From: Carcharhinus amblyrhynchos
Lineage: Eukaryota
DNA length: 64,000 nt
Direction of reading: 5' to 3'
Assembly: GCA_965287045.1 (NCBI GenBank)
Contig: OZ336876.1
Coordinates: 90,396,001-90,460,000 of the forward strand
Part shown: in pieces, positions 49,301 through 62,837 of the stretch
How the letters are laid out: each line of letters opens with the position of its first letter
Position numbering within the stretch: the stretch's first letter is position 1
The notes under the pieces: generated by a model
Databases searched by the model: none
Seen by the model: only the letters and a program-made list of their open reading frames with translations
What the model was told of the DNA's origin: nothing
Program-made: the position numbers and the translations under genes

Positions 49301-49964
49301 TCCATAGTGATATAATACTGATTTTTTTTTTCTAAATTACTGGGCAGCATTTTATAATGCTGTATAATATATTATAACATTTGAAATTCCATCATTCATT
49401 TAATATTTTATAATCAATTTGCTGCTTCACCATCGCATCTTATATTGCAAGCAGTCTTTGTAATAAGTAAGTTTTAAGTTAGAAAAAACAAGTATTCTGT
49501 TTACCTTAACTTTTGCTCGGAAAATCATTGACTGTATTTTTTTATTTGATTTTGTTCATGAGCATCCCTATACGTTATTTACAGAAACCACGCAAACTTG
49601 GTAACTTCAAATTCTGCAGCATATTAAAAGTAAAAGTAGTGCACTCTGAGTATCTTCTAACCTAACCTGTTTTCATGGATCATCAGAGCTATTTTGAAGT
49701 CAGTATCCATATATCCCATCAACTAATGTAATCGTTTGACATGCCCCCTTTAAATAGTGCAACATATTAAAGCCTTCTTTCATTACAATGAAGTTTTCTA
49801 TTGAATTGGATATTGCTGTTTAGACAAAATATTGACCAGTGACTGGCCAATATTCCTCTTCAAAGAGCACCAGCAAAAATAGTTTAACTGATCATTTCAT
49901 TATTTGGGGATTTGTGGAGTTTGTAAACTGTGTTTACATCGTTGGCTTTTTAAAGAAATCCATT

Positions 49965-50655
49965 TATACCTCTCTTTGACACATTTCCAAGAAATGTAAT
50001 AAAAATCAGATACATGGAAGTCTTTTGGCAATAGAAAAACTCCATATAAAAGGTTATTACATAAAGTAGGTACTAATGGTGTAAGGGGTAATGTATTGCA
50101 TGGATAGAAGATTGGATCACTGACAGAAAGTATACAGAGAGTATAGAGAAATAGGTCTTTTTCTGACTGGCAAGGTGTGATGAGTGGAGTCCTGCAGGGG
50201 ACTTCAGCTTTTTAGGATTTGTATCAATAACTTAGATGAGGGCAGTGAAGGCATGGTGGTAGCTAAATTTATAGATAACACAGGTCGGAAAGTTGTGAAG
50301 GTGACATAAGGAGATTGCTCACTGATAGAAGGGTTGGGAGAGTTGGTAAAAATCTAGCAGTTGAAATACAATGTGGGAAAATGTGAAGTTGCTCACTTAG
50401 GTAAGAATGATAAAAAAGAGTATTTTTTAAATAGAATGCAGTTACATAATTCCAAGGTGCAGGGGGATCTAAATTTCTAGTAAATAAATCACAAAAGATT
50501 AGTGTGCAGGTACAGCAAATAATTAAGAAGTCTAATGGAATGCAGTCCTTCATTACGAGCAGAATTGAACATAAAAGAAAGGGTGTTTTACTTCAGCTAT
50601 AAAGGGCTCTGGTGAGACCACATCTCGAATGTACTGTACAGTGGGTCACTTATTT
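49965..50655 (+). mobile_element. Old CR1 RT fragment
   Basis: Degenerate LAWIEDW, SGVLQG, EYNVGKCEV, QVQQIIKKSNGM. Confidence 0.8.
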
Positions 50656-50658
50656 AAG

Positions 50659-51280
50659 TGTTAGTAACCAAATCAGGAATTCCAAGATATATTATGAAGT
50701 TAGCCTTGACCCCAACTTTTTTTGATTTTGGCATGAGAGCAAGCATAAGGTGTCTGCCTCAGTGTGATTCTATTAATCCACTAGGAAGCTTTTATTAAAA
50801 CAATCTTTACTTAACAACACAGTTAAAATAAAATCAGGCAAATTAGCATAACTTTTACTAACTGAAATACTTGAACATGACAAGGTATAATTCTTAACTG
50901 CTAGCTAGTTCTGTTAGTTCCAGTTTAAACAGTATCACCATTGACGTAAACCTTTCTTCAGAATCAGTTAGCAAGACACTCAGGCGTATGTGAATTCCCC
51001 GTCCTCTAGCCTTTTAACCCTTCTGGACAAAGATATTCCCATCTATTCTTATTGCTGTTCTTTGGAAACTTGGATAGAATGTCCAGAATAGAGGTGGTAA
51101 TGTCCCTGATACCCACAATTGGCAAGAGAAGACCTAGGATAGGTTTGCTCAGCTTCCAATTTGGCCTTGGGCATTTATCTTTAAATGCCTTGGTCTCTTC
51201 GACGAATTATTACTGCTGCAGCCTCAGCCTTCTTGGGGGTTCTCCTGCACCTGTCTTGTCACTCCCTTGCTGTAATTACA
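50659..51280. mobile_element. Possible solo LTR abutting the CR1 fragment
   Basis: CR1 similarity stops abruptly at TGTTAG. AATAAA on the minus strand near 50792. Possible terminus ...AATTACA. End point uncertain. Confidence 0.3.
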
Positions 51281-52278
51281 TGCTGACTGCAGCACTCCCT
51301 TATTCCTCACTTCAATCCTGGTAGTGGGAAGTTAGCTGGATAGCCAGTGACCCCCGCAGCCAGGGAAACATTGGTGGTATTATAGTTTCTGAGAAGTGAG
51401 CAGATGGAAAATCAGACCCTGTCTGTTGGGGAAGCTGCCTTGAGACTTCAGTAGGTAGTTCAATAAGATTCCTTGTGAAGAATTGAGAGGAAGAAAACTT
51501 ATTCCTATATTGCACACCCTCTGCTGTTTTAGTTCTAATTTTGTTGCAACTGTTGTTGCTTGTATTGTTAAACTTTGGTCAGCCCTGGTGCAGATTGCCT
51601 TGATACAAATACTTATTGGTTGCTTTCATGGTTTTCAAATTAATGTAGTATTTTGCAAAGGTCAGTAATTTAGTATATTCATCTAGAATTACTTACAAAA
51701 GTCATTGAAGTTTCTCAAAAGAACTTTGCTTCTTTATATATTGAAAGTTTTAATCTTTAAAAGTATCAAGTGTTTGTGTGTTCAACTGAATAAATAGTAA
51801 TTTCTGCAAAATTGATTTCAGACCCTAGTTTTATGTCCAGCATTAATGGCTCATATTCTAATTTGCCATTTTAGAAATGAATTAACTTGTTCAGTTAGGA
51901 CAATATCACAATAACTATATGATTTTCTACCACTGACACATTGATTACTATTATACAATGACTGGGAAAGACATCAATGAAGGAGCATTTTTATTTGAGT
52001 AACTTCCGCCATTATATTCCTTAAAAATGAGATGCATGAGCATGAGTGGGGAGCAAGATGTCAAGTAGTAGACCTGTTAGTATGTGATGTGAAGCACAGA
52101 TTGATGGCTTACAAATGAATCAACTATCCTACAGTTCTTAATTATAATGTTTTACATTTGGTACTCTTATTTTCTTCATAAATGATGCCCTTGTTCCATT
52201 ATGAAATATTTTAGCTATTTTGTGTTTGCATGATCTGTATAGTAAAAGAATAAATGCATTGTTTTAAACTTTATACAG

Positions 52279-52379
52279 AAGTACAAGCCCGGGCGATGTG
52301 ATGATATACTAAAGTGGAAACCTCCAAGCCATAATTCTGTTGACTTCCGTCTGAAAATAACAAAAGTTGGAGGAGAAGG
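52279..52379 (+). CDS. RNGTT: Internal coding exon of mRNA capping enzyme (RNA guanylyltransferase and 5'-phosphatase), guanylyltransferase motif V region
   Basis: Acceptor ttttaaactttatacag| and donor GG|gtgagc flank 101 nt (phase 0 to 2) translating [34 protein letters not shown], which I recognise as near-identical to vertebrate RNGTT ([34 protein letters not shown]). Confidence 0.95.
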
Positions 52380-54509
52380 GTGAGCAATCTCTACAAAAAT
52401 TTATTTCAATAACTTTGTTCTGATTTTCTGCAAGGGTGAACATGTAATGTAGTGCTATAAACCTGTGGTGGACTGCTTGTACTCTAATTTATTTTTTCAA
52501 GATATTCATAAGCACCTAGTTTACAAATATTGCGTTTCAAATGACTCCACAATGGAGAAGAAAGCAATTGTTTTTATCATGTGAAAGGCTGGGACTATTA
52601 CTTAATTATATGCAAATTAATTAAATTGTGAAAGATGCAGGCATACATGTTGAATAGAAATACAACAAAGATACGGTGCTTTTGGCGTCATCTTCTATTT
52701 AGGCTCATTGTTAAATTTGACACACTCATCTTTTGTCTCTTCCCATGTCCTAATTTCAATCCTTTGATAATTATTTAAACGAGAGGCCCATTAAAATGTC
52801 AAAAACCATATTCAATTGCAGTACTTTAAAAAATTTCTGATTTATACTGTATTTAAAATACTGTGCATGTATTTCCTATTAAATGTTTTGGCCTTGCTTT
52901 TAATGCCAACATTTAGCAATTTGCAAATACTTGTGCAATCAGCTACAATGGAATTTTTTAATGTAAACAAAACCAGTAGTAAGCTTCAGCACCCTCGGTG
53001 GCTATTGTACCTACTCTGTACCATTGTATCCTCTGACACACTGAGACTGCTTCTGGAAATATAATTATATAAAATAATATCTATCACATTCAAAATAATC
53101 ATTTGTTAAATGCAATTATTACAATTATTTCTAAGGCCACTAGTATTGGACTGAAATCCAGAGATTCTTGTTTAGCAGGAGGGATGCTCCACTGCACTGC
53201 AAGGCCTTCTTATGATTGAATTTTGATTTCTTGAGTTTGGTCAGGAATACTACTATTACTGTTGCATATGAAGCTACATTTCTAATTGAACATTCATTTA
53301 AAAATAAAAATTGCAAGAAGTAAAATAATTCTTTTATTTCCAACCATTCTTTTCTGGCTTTGAGATAATATTTGGAGAATGTTGCCAATTGAAAAAATCT
53401 TCTGACTTCCAATTACCTAAAATTTGCTGCCCATTGATTTAGATCACTTTCCCACAGAGTAACTGAGCCTTAAAGGGACAGGCCTTATTTCCAACTGACC
53501 ATCATGAGTGTGCTGAAGACCCCAGACTATATGTGAGCAATTCCATATGGGATCAGTTTATATTAAAACATGTATTTTAACTATAGTTAGGCAACTTTTC
53601 TGCAATAATATTTGCGTTTATCTGCAACCACTGCAATGTTTTCTTTTTCAGAAAATGATCCAATTCTCTTTTAAAAGTCACGAGTGAATCTGTCTCCACT
53701 GCACTCTCAGGCAGTGCATTCTAGATCCTAACTGCTTGAAAAAAAGCTTTTCCTCATGTTGCCTTTGCTTTTTTGCAAATACTTTAAATCAACATCCTTT
53801 AGTTTGCTTAATTGATCTGTGGCCATTAACCACTAAACATTAGCAAGAATAACTGCTAAGTTAAACAGCTGAGACTAATATTCCATTGTGATGGTTGTGC
53901 CATTAACATCAAGTCCATCTAACATGTTTTTCATTCTTTCTTTTGTGCTGCAAAGCAATCATATCTTTTTGAATTGTAACTATTGCTTATGGAATATTCG
54001 AGATGGGGGTAATGAGTGTCATATCACAATGATATTTTCTACCCGTATATTTCTTATGTTCTTATGTTCTTGTTTCTTTTTCACTATAACTGCACATTGA
54101 CTGATCTTTTCAATAATATCCTTTTAGCTCCTTTCCTGGATCAATAAATCAATATAACTGTTTCATTCAGTGCATAGTCTCCACTTAGTTCCTTTCTCCC
54201 AAACAAATTTACACCTTGTGTACATTTTATTACATCTGCCAACTACTGCCTAGTTTCATTACAAAAACTCACAATTCCAATTTTGTACAATGTTTCCAAC
54301 TTATTTCCTGCACCTGCTGACCTTGTTTTCAGATCCTCAGCCAAGCTATTGATGGCGCACCAAGAACAAATCATGGCACATACCTTGTGACCTGTTACAA
54401 TTTGAAAAGTTTTTCATTGTACCAGTTCTTGATTTTTTGCTTTTGAGCCGATTTTTTGTTTGGCTCGGTGCTCCGTTTTCAATCTTATTAGCTACACTCA
54501 ATGTGATTG

Positions 54510-54915
54510 AACTGTTGGTATGCTCAAGTCACAAATCATGACTTCAAGCACCACCCCGCACCTGCAAAACTTGAGTGCATGAACTAGGTAGCATTCCAGT
54601 GCTGCACTGAGAATACTGATTTGTACGAAATGTCGTACTTCAGGTCAGACATTAAACTTGAGGCCCCGATTGCCTATTTAAAGATGCATGGCAGTATTCG
54701 AAGAAGAATTCTCCTTATGTCCAACCAACCAGCCACCAGTACAAAGCAATTGGTCATTCATTTCATGCTGTTCGTAGGGATTTGCTGTGAGTAAAATGAT
54801 TAACTATGAGCTTACATGACTACGACTGCACATGTGAATAATTTATTTTCTCTGAAGTCTTTTATCGTTTGCATCATAAATGCTTTAAGATACCATACAA
54901 ACGCAAGTCTTTTAT
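54510..54915 (+). mobile_element. Deu-domain SINE (SacSINE1/AmnSINE-like), degenerate
   Basis: cagacattaaacttgaggcccc...taaagatgcatggcagtattcgaagaag...ggtcattcatttcatgctgtt...gggatttgctgtg resembles the Deu core as I recall it. L2-like tail. Confidence 0.6.
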
Positions 54916-54918
54916 TTT

Positions 54919-54967
54919 TTCTGTCTCTGTCTGTCTGTCTGTCTGCCTGTCTCTGTCTGTCTGTCTG
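54919..54967. repeat. (CTGT)n microsatellite, imperfect
   Basis: Direct inspection. Confidence 0.85.
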
Positions 54968-55880
54968 ATCTCTCTATTACTCCCCCTCCCCCACCATATA
55001 AATTTCAACACCAGAGGTCATTCATCTCTCATGCCTGAAACGTTGCTAGTTCTTTAATGGAAGTGATCTAATCTTACTACCCTGCACATTCACAGTGGCT
55101 TTTTTTCTTAATTCTTCGTTTTCAAATACAGTTTAATTTTTCTAATAGTTTCAGTCACTGCCTCAATTGGCATTCTGATAAAAATGTTCCTTCTGTTTCC
55201 CCTTTTGTTCTGTTGGTGATCTTGCATTCGTACCCTTTACAATTGCAGCAGTTTGTCTTTTGCAGTTCACTATTTCAAACACTTGAATTTATCATTTTCA
55301 TAAAATGCATGTTATTGAAACTTACTTCAAAGATTTGTGATTTAAATTGTTCACTGAAATTTTAGGAGATCTATTTTATTCATTCCTCACAGCACTGCCA
55401 TGATTTCTGCCAATTAGCTCATCACTATTTTTAAGTTCCAATACAATGAAATTAAGTTTATTGTATAGCATCTACACTGAATTTCCCTGTTTAGAGCTCT
55501 TTCGACAGCAATATATTCAATCAACTTCATGTCTGCTTCATGACCCAGACATATTTGATGTTTCTTTGAGTCTGCATATTTAGTGCATGGCATCATTTGT
55601 CACTTTTTTTTCCTTTCCCCACATCAGTATATAAATATAATTAGCATGTGCAACTATAGACTTAATACTTGATCCACAGGGCTAACCAATATGTTTAGAA
55701 GAGACTAATATTTAGTGTTCTTGATGTTTATTGCAAAAGCTATGTTAACATTTTTTTCCCAAAATTCTGTTAATTAAATCCCATTTTGTTGAGTGCAAGA
55801 GTTTGGTCTTTATGACCATGTGTTGTGCATATTTTTTTGAAATCATCAAGAAATGTGGATCTAGTGGAAAGGATGTGCTC

Positions 55881-56006
55881 CATCATATTGCCCGTACTGT
55901 GTGATACCGAAATTGATCTTGTGTCAATGTTTCATTGTTCATGCATCATATTGCCCGTACTGTGTGATACCAAAATTGATCTTGTGTCAATGTTTCATTG
56001 TTCATG
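55881..56006. repeat. 63-bp tandem duplication (2 copies, 1 mismatch)
   Basis: 55881-55943 matches 55944-56006 except accGaaatt versus accAaaatt. Confidence 0.95.
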
Positions 56007-56421
56007 CTTGTGTGGCTTATTAGTAAATAAACATCCACATCTACTACACACAGACCATTAAAATGACATCTTGCACTTCAGCATATGCTCATTATACTTC
56101 AGAATGCCCACGGCAAAGATGACAACGAGAGCTCTCTCTCCACGGGAACAGATAAATGGCCTTTCACATTATATGTGCACTGCCAATGATTGACAGTCTT
56201 TTGTTATGTCTTTTCCATTCCTCTTTTAAAATTTTGCTTTCTGAACATGTGCTGTTTTCTCAAAGATTTAACACAAAGATCTATGCTTAATTTGCACTGT
56301 GGGTCAATTTAGAGGCAGCATCATTTGTGATGGAAAATTCTGTTTCAAGATTATTTTGAGGGATCAATTTGAAAGTATTTGTTGAATATCTTTTATTGTT
56401 AACTTTTAGAATGCTAGTCAC

Positions 56422-56428
56422 GTGTGTG

Positions 56429-56459
<31 letters not shown>
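56422..56459. repeat. (GT)n(AT)n microsatellite
   Basis: Direct inspection. Confidence 0.9.
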
Positions 56460-58274
56460 GAGTAGACAATGCTGCTGACATGTATGTGGAAGTGTTTGGT
56501 TTGCGATTTCTGATTCTTGCCCAGTCTCATACGCTGAAAAGCTTAAAGTTTCTCTTGTGCTCTCTCCCTTTGCCGTTCAGTAATCAAGGGAGAGAGCATG
56601 GTGATGTCTGAAGACTGTGAATTAATTAATTTGACACAAAATAAAAATTGGCAATTGCATTGCGCATTAGCTATCCTCTAGTTGTGGTTACTTTACACCA
56701 CCCTGTTTGTCCACCTGTTCAATTTCCCTAAACTAATGTGATGCTTAAGATTGGGCTAAAATATAGATGCAATTGCCTTCTCAAATGTGAAAATGTTCAT
56801 GTTTGATTACATTCATTTTAAATGTAGTAGAATGGTATGTATCTATATACCATCTAAAATTGTTGATGTTTGTGAAAAAAAGTGACTGCCTATTTTCTAA
56901 AGCTGCGTCCAACCTTCGTTACCACTTGAATGTTTAAATCTATCTGAATCATGCTCACCTTGGTGAAATCTCTCTAAAAATTTTCAGTTGGCAATCACAA
57001 TTTATTTCCAAGTGTAGACAAGTTTGGATTATTAAACCACCCGTTAGTTGCCATCTATTTTGAGAAATTAAGTCAACGCCTTGCATTGGTACAGTGGTAT
57101 TTTTCTTGATGGTGTTATACTTCAGATGTGGGCAGAAAAAAATGATGGTTGCTAATTAACTCTGGCAACTAGTTTAATTACTTTCCTTATCCACGTTTAT
57201 TTGCTGCATTTCAAAATCAGATTTAAAATCATAGTAAACAAAGTATTTGTGGCAATGTATTTTCTTGCAAATCACATTTTAAAAAAATGGAATTGGTGAG
57301 TTAATATTTTGCAAGATGAACTTCTGAAACCCATAACTAAAAATAGAATGCTTTTTAATTTCAGTTTTAAAAGGTACAGTATCCTTAAATTTACTACTTA
57401 GTTTATATTTCTATTATATAGCATCACCTAAAGATGTGTGTACCACATAAATAATCGGATTGCAAGTCTGTACTCGACAGCTTAACAGTCTGGGGTCATG
57501 GAATTTAATTCAGGAAATTGATTGTGATACCAGTTATCACAAGTAAATCAACTGATAGTTGGAATAATGAATAGTTGTAATTAGCAAAATCATTTTGCAA
57601 AATTTGCAGAACTGATTTAAAATTATACAAGATTTTCTGTGCATTAGTGAGTGGTAAGAACTGAAAATGAGTCTCAGGTGTTTGTTTTATTTATGTATGA
57701 CTTCACCTCACACCCCTTCCCCCGCCACGACCACCACCACCACCACTCCATAATAATCCCACTGGCAGAATTTCTTTATGGAGCTTATCAGTATTTCAGC
57801 AACCAAACAATGAAATAGATATGATAGGATGATGTATACCAAAGGGATCTCTTTTCTTAGGTCTTCCTGCCCCCAATCACATCTGTTTCTTGTTTTGATA
57901 TCTGTGTGATTGGCCAATTCATTATTATGGTGGCTTTGGAAAAATAAAAATCTGGTTTCATCCAGTATTTGCTGAATCGTTACATGAATGATACACTTTT
58001 GGAAGTGAGACCATATTATTTACAACCTGTAGTTACAGAATCCTACTTGTCTAATAAGTTATCTTGACAGGCTAATTAGTGGGCGAGACATTGATAACGT
58101 AACCAATAATGATGCTTCTGATTCTACACTGTCATGTTGTAATGGATACAGTGGCTGCTGTAGAAACTGTTGAGAACAGATGTAGCCAAAGTGACCGATG
58201 TGATGGGATTTTTAAAGCTCAGCTGGTCTAAAAAAATACTTTGGCAGTAACACACCTTTCTCTTAAAAGCATGA

Positions 58275-59070
58275 GAACTGGGAAGACTGAAGCCATTGTT
58301 TTCTGTCCCTCTACAAATTCCCTCCCCAGGGCACTGATTCTCATCATTTGCCTGACAACTGTCTGAGGATGATTCAGAATGTTCGCAATCTCTGTGTCCT
58401 GAGATGAGCTTCTGACCACAATCGGTGTCATCACTAAGACAGCCTGTTACTGTTTCCATTCTCATAACATCACCTGGCTCCTATACTGCCTCAGATCATC
58501 TGCTGCTGAATTCTTCATCTGTGCTTTTGTTACTTCTAAATTTGATTATTCCCATCAAAGTTTTGGCCAGTCTTTCTATGTTTTGCTTTCTGTGAACTTG
58601 GGGTCATCCAAAATGTGTTGCCTATGTCCTTATTTGCAACAAGTCCCATTCACTCGTTATTCCTGTCCTCACTGGCCTACATTGTCTCTTGGTTAATGAA
58701 TTCATTGATTGTAAAATTCTCATCCTTGTTTTCAAATCACACCCTAGCCTCTCCCCTCCCTATCTCTGTAATCTCCTTCAGCCCCACAAATCTCCAAGAT
58801 GTGGGCTCCTCTAACTTTAGCTTTTTGAGCATCACAGATTTAATTTGTTCCACAATTGGTGACTTCAATTCCTGAAACTAAACCCTGGAATTTCCTCCAT
58901 CAACCCCTTTGCCTCTTAACCTCTCTTTTTTCCTTTAAGATGCTCCTTCAAACGTACCTCTTTGAACAGGTTTTGAACCACTTACCCTAATACCTCCTTC
59001 CATGGCTGTGTCCAATTTTGATTCATAACACTCTTGTAAAAGCTCTTGGGAAATTTAGTGATATTAAAAC
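58275..59070 (+). mobile_element. L2-like LINE 3' portion
   Basis: GKTEAIVF, VRNLCV, ITKTA, ICAFVTSKFDYS remnants. Confidence 0.7.
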
Positions 59071-61811
59071 AAGTTGCATTTATTTAGGTCGTTTATTACT
59101 GAGTGATGTAGGAATATAATTGTATCTGCAGGGTCAGTGACAGGTACCAACTAGATATCGTCAGCTTAATGTAGCTTTTTATTTACTACATAGCATAGGC
59201 AGAAGCATCTATGGAATTAAGGGGTAAGCATTCCATTAATGCATGGTAAGCTCTTATAATAATAGAGGCCCTGTTGGCAGTGCATTGTGTGTTCTGGCTG
59301 GCCCATTATTGATTTAAAAGACCAGCAATTAATTGTATAGACAGCAAAGAGGTTGGCTGTGAGGCACTTGGATTATTTGAAAAAAAGCAGAATGATACTA
59401 CAATGAGTGAGCTTGCAATGGAAGCACATGTTAACTATAGATAAGATTCTTTACGTTCAGTTTTTACTGACCACTGCCTCCCCCAGCCTCCCTGCCTCAT
59501 CATAACCCGCATCACAAACATTAATATTGTGCTTATTCCCTTATGCCATAATTTTTTTCTGCTTCTAATCTCTCCTCCTGCCCACATTTTCTCCATCGTT
59601 TTCCCAATTGAATTGTTTGTCTTTGCTGTTCATACAATCTTTAACCTTTCTGTATTACTGCCTCTCTCTCTGATATGTGCAGCCAGTCCTGTGGTTTCAG
59701 TGTCCCATGTCATTTTATAAAATGTTTTAAAATAAGCATATGTTGGACAAACTGTTCCCTCATGAAATCCCCCATACCAATTTTCATATGCATTTTATTC
59801 TTCGTAATAAAGGCTCCCTGAAAATTTGAGTCAACTTTACAGAAAAACAGTTTTATTTTTAAGCCATAATTAATTTAGCATTTTACACCTGCCTGTTCTA
59901 TGAATGTTGTAAAGTTAACTAAAATTTATTGCATTATTGCAGATCATTTGTAGGTCAATGGAAACAGTATGCTAATTAAATAATATCTGGGCCTTTAATT
60001 ATTCTGTGCTTCATTTATGGGTCCATTTAAAGGTCAGAACTGTGCTGCCATTCTGAACCTTATTGCAACAGGCCTGTTTTCTGTGGACCTCTTGTGAATT
60101 AATTATTCTGAAAGCAGGAATTGTAAATGGCTGTCAATCAAAACCAGTGAGCTTTATTGTGGGAACGGCCCAAGGTCAGCATAGGTTCAATTATATATTG
60201 GTTGACCAAACAAAGTGGGTGTTTCATGAGGAGTTTGGAACAATGATAAAAAATTATTCTTTAAAACTTTCAATTCTTATCTGCTAACATAAATATATTT
60301 GAGTATCATTGCAGTAATCTGCAGTAGACAATATCAGATCCATCATAATTATATGGTGATACTGACTTAAGTATGTTGTGGGAATTTTATATGGAGATGT
60401 GCAAAACAAATTCCATTCATTTGTCACCAAGTTACGCCGATTAATGCTTGTTAAAATATACTTGTGAAGTTAATTACTTCTGCACTGCCAGATTCACTTT
60501 CGGTTCCTAGCAACACATATTAGAACACATTTTTTATTTCAATTCCTTCAGAGCTTCTTCTATGTTTAATGGTAAATCACTTTCTTCTCTCTTTGTCTCA
60601 CTTTATCAATACAAATAAGTCATAAATATGACAGGTCTTAATTGAATCTGTTGCTTAGAGATACTGAAGTGTTATTCTTGGTCTTGTAATTTTGTTGAGT
60701 AGATCAGCTCAGATGAAAGGAGAGGACTCACTTTCAACAACTTGTATTTACATAATGCTGCTAACACAATAAAACATCCCGTAGAATCCCTACAGCACAG
60801 AATGAGACTATTCAGCCCATCAAGTGTGCACCGACTCTCCAACAGACAATCCACCTATGCTCTATCCCTGTGGCCAAACGTGTTTTGGATGCTGGAAGTC
60901 TGAAATGAAAACAGAAAATGTTGGAAATACTTGACAGGTCTGGCAGCATCTGAGGAGAGATAAATAGAAGTAATGGGCCATAATAACTGTTGGATTGCCA
61001 CTCTGCTGATATTGTGCTAAAATACAGCTGCACTTTTCTCACCCAATCTTCCAACGAGAGCAATGCAACTAGTTCCCAAGACCTTTAGTCGAACGCAGGA
61101 AAGTCGGGAGAAAGAACGATACGTTTCTTTTTTTGCAGCACTAGCTGCAAGGTGTAAAGGTTTAGTCACTTTGAAAAGCCATGGGGAAGATAAGTAAGTA
61201 AGATAAATGGACAGGATGTGGGTGCGGAAGGGGACATGGCAGGATGATGGGGGGTTTTCGGATGAGGGAGGGTAAGTGAGTCAGAGAGGTTTGGGTGGTC
61301 AGTTGAGGAAGCTTGGTTGGGTAATCAGTTGGGGGACGTCAGGTAGTTAGTCAGGGGGTGAGCAGTGGGGTTGATGGAGTGTCAGTGGGGTTGGTCAATG
61401 TGGGGAGGTGATGTCAGTTGGTTATGAGTGGGAGGGGGTTGATTGGTCACTGGTGGGTGGTTGGGGGGGCTAGTTGGATTGTTCGATGGGGTAGATCCTG
61501 GGAAAGAGGGCTGATTAGAAGTAGTTTTAATTCTTCTAACTTTTCTTGGATTGCTATTCTTGTAAGACAGTTAGAACCATCCGAAGACCGTGATTTAAAC
61601 TGAAGTATCAGATGTTTTGCAATGCACTGTAATTTCCCAATGGAAATTTGAACTTGCCAGGCAATTGCAGTGCAATCCCTAAGTTGGGACTTCTGGAGGT
61701 GGCAGGATTTACCCAGCATATTTGGGGGACACCTCTGGAGATCAGACATTGTGGACCAAAGACAATAAGTCTTGCTCTTGCCACAGATGTCATAGCAGGT
61801 ACAGAGAATCA

Positions 61812-62040
61812 CCTAAAAAGCTAATAGAATGTTGGTGTTTCTATCTAGAGGGCTAGAAACAGTAGGGGTTAGGATCACACTACAGTTATATAAAGCTGTA
61901 GTCAGGTCACACTTGAAGTACTGTGTGCAGTTCTGGGCGCCACACCTTAGAAATGTGCTACTGGCCTTGGAGGAAGTGCAACTTAGATTTACCAAATGAA
62001 ACCTGGACTTCTAGGGTTACTTTTCGAGGAGAACTTATAC
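61812..62040 (+). mobile_element. CR1 fragment
   Basis: KKANRMLVFLSRGLE...LYKAVVRSHLKYCVQFWAPHLR. Confidence 0.8.
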
Positions 62041-62099
62041 ACATTATGATTGTATTTCTGAAATTTATATGGTTGAGGAATGGTTCATTCACAGTTTTT

Positions 62100-62510
62100 A
62101 AGGAAGTAACTTCCAGGATTTTGATCTAACAAATCAGGACTGTTTGCGACTTTGAAGGAAACCTGTAGGTGTTGGTGTTCCCATGCCCCTATTGCCCTTG
62201 TCCTTTCAGATAGTGGCGGCTGTGGGTTTGGGAGGCGCTATCAAAGAAGCATTGACAAGCATGTGGATAATACATATTGCAAACATATACAGTGATGGAG
62301 GATATTAATATTGAATGTGGTGGATGGGGTCCTCATCAAGCAGGCTGCTTTGACCTGGATGGTGTCAAGCTTCTTGAATTTGCTGGAATTGTGCTCATCT
62401 AGGCAAATGGATAATAATGGCAATGCCATTACACTTCTGACTTGTGCATTTTAAATGGTGGAAAGGCTCTGGGGAGACAGGAAGTGAGTCACTTGTCCCA
62501 GAATACCTAG
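62100..62510 (-). mobile_element. LINE family B fragment
   Basis: KFKKLDTIQVKAACLMRTPSTTFNINILHH. Similar to 40280-40650. Confidence 0.7.
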
Positions 62511-62514
62511 CTAA

Positions 62515-62837
62515 GATAGTGATATACTGGTAATGTCACTGGACAGGTAATACAGAGGACCAAGCTAATGGGGTTCAAATCCCACCATGACAGCTGGTGG
62601 AATTTAAATTCAGTTAACAAATTTGGAATTATTTGGAATAATCTCAGTAATCACAACAACTACTATTGATTGTAGTAAAAATCTGATTTACTGACACTCT
62701 TACCTGGTGACTCCAGACCCACCACCAATGTGATTGACTCTTCACTGCCCTCTGGAATAACCTAGCAACCTTCTCAGGTTAATTAGAATTGAGCTACGAA
62801 TGTTGGCCTTGCCAGCGACACCTACATCCCATAAAAG
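62515..62837 (+). mobile_element. tRNA-derived SINE (family A)
   Basis: ggggttcaaatcccaccatgacagctggtggaatttaaattc...cctacatcccataaaag. Confidence 0.75.

Noticed and set aside
58124-58465. 113-aa minus-strand ORF as a host gene
   Set aside because: Largely antisense to a decayed L2-like RT fragment. No recognisable domain.
61050-61800. G-rich tract and possible MITE shared with 47040-47390 and 63400-63700
   Set aside because: Probably an old non-autonomous repeat, but I could not define terminal repeats or a target-site duplication.
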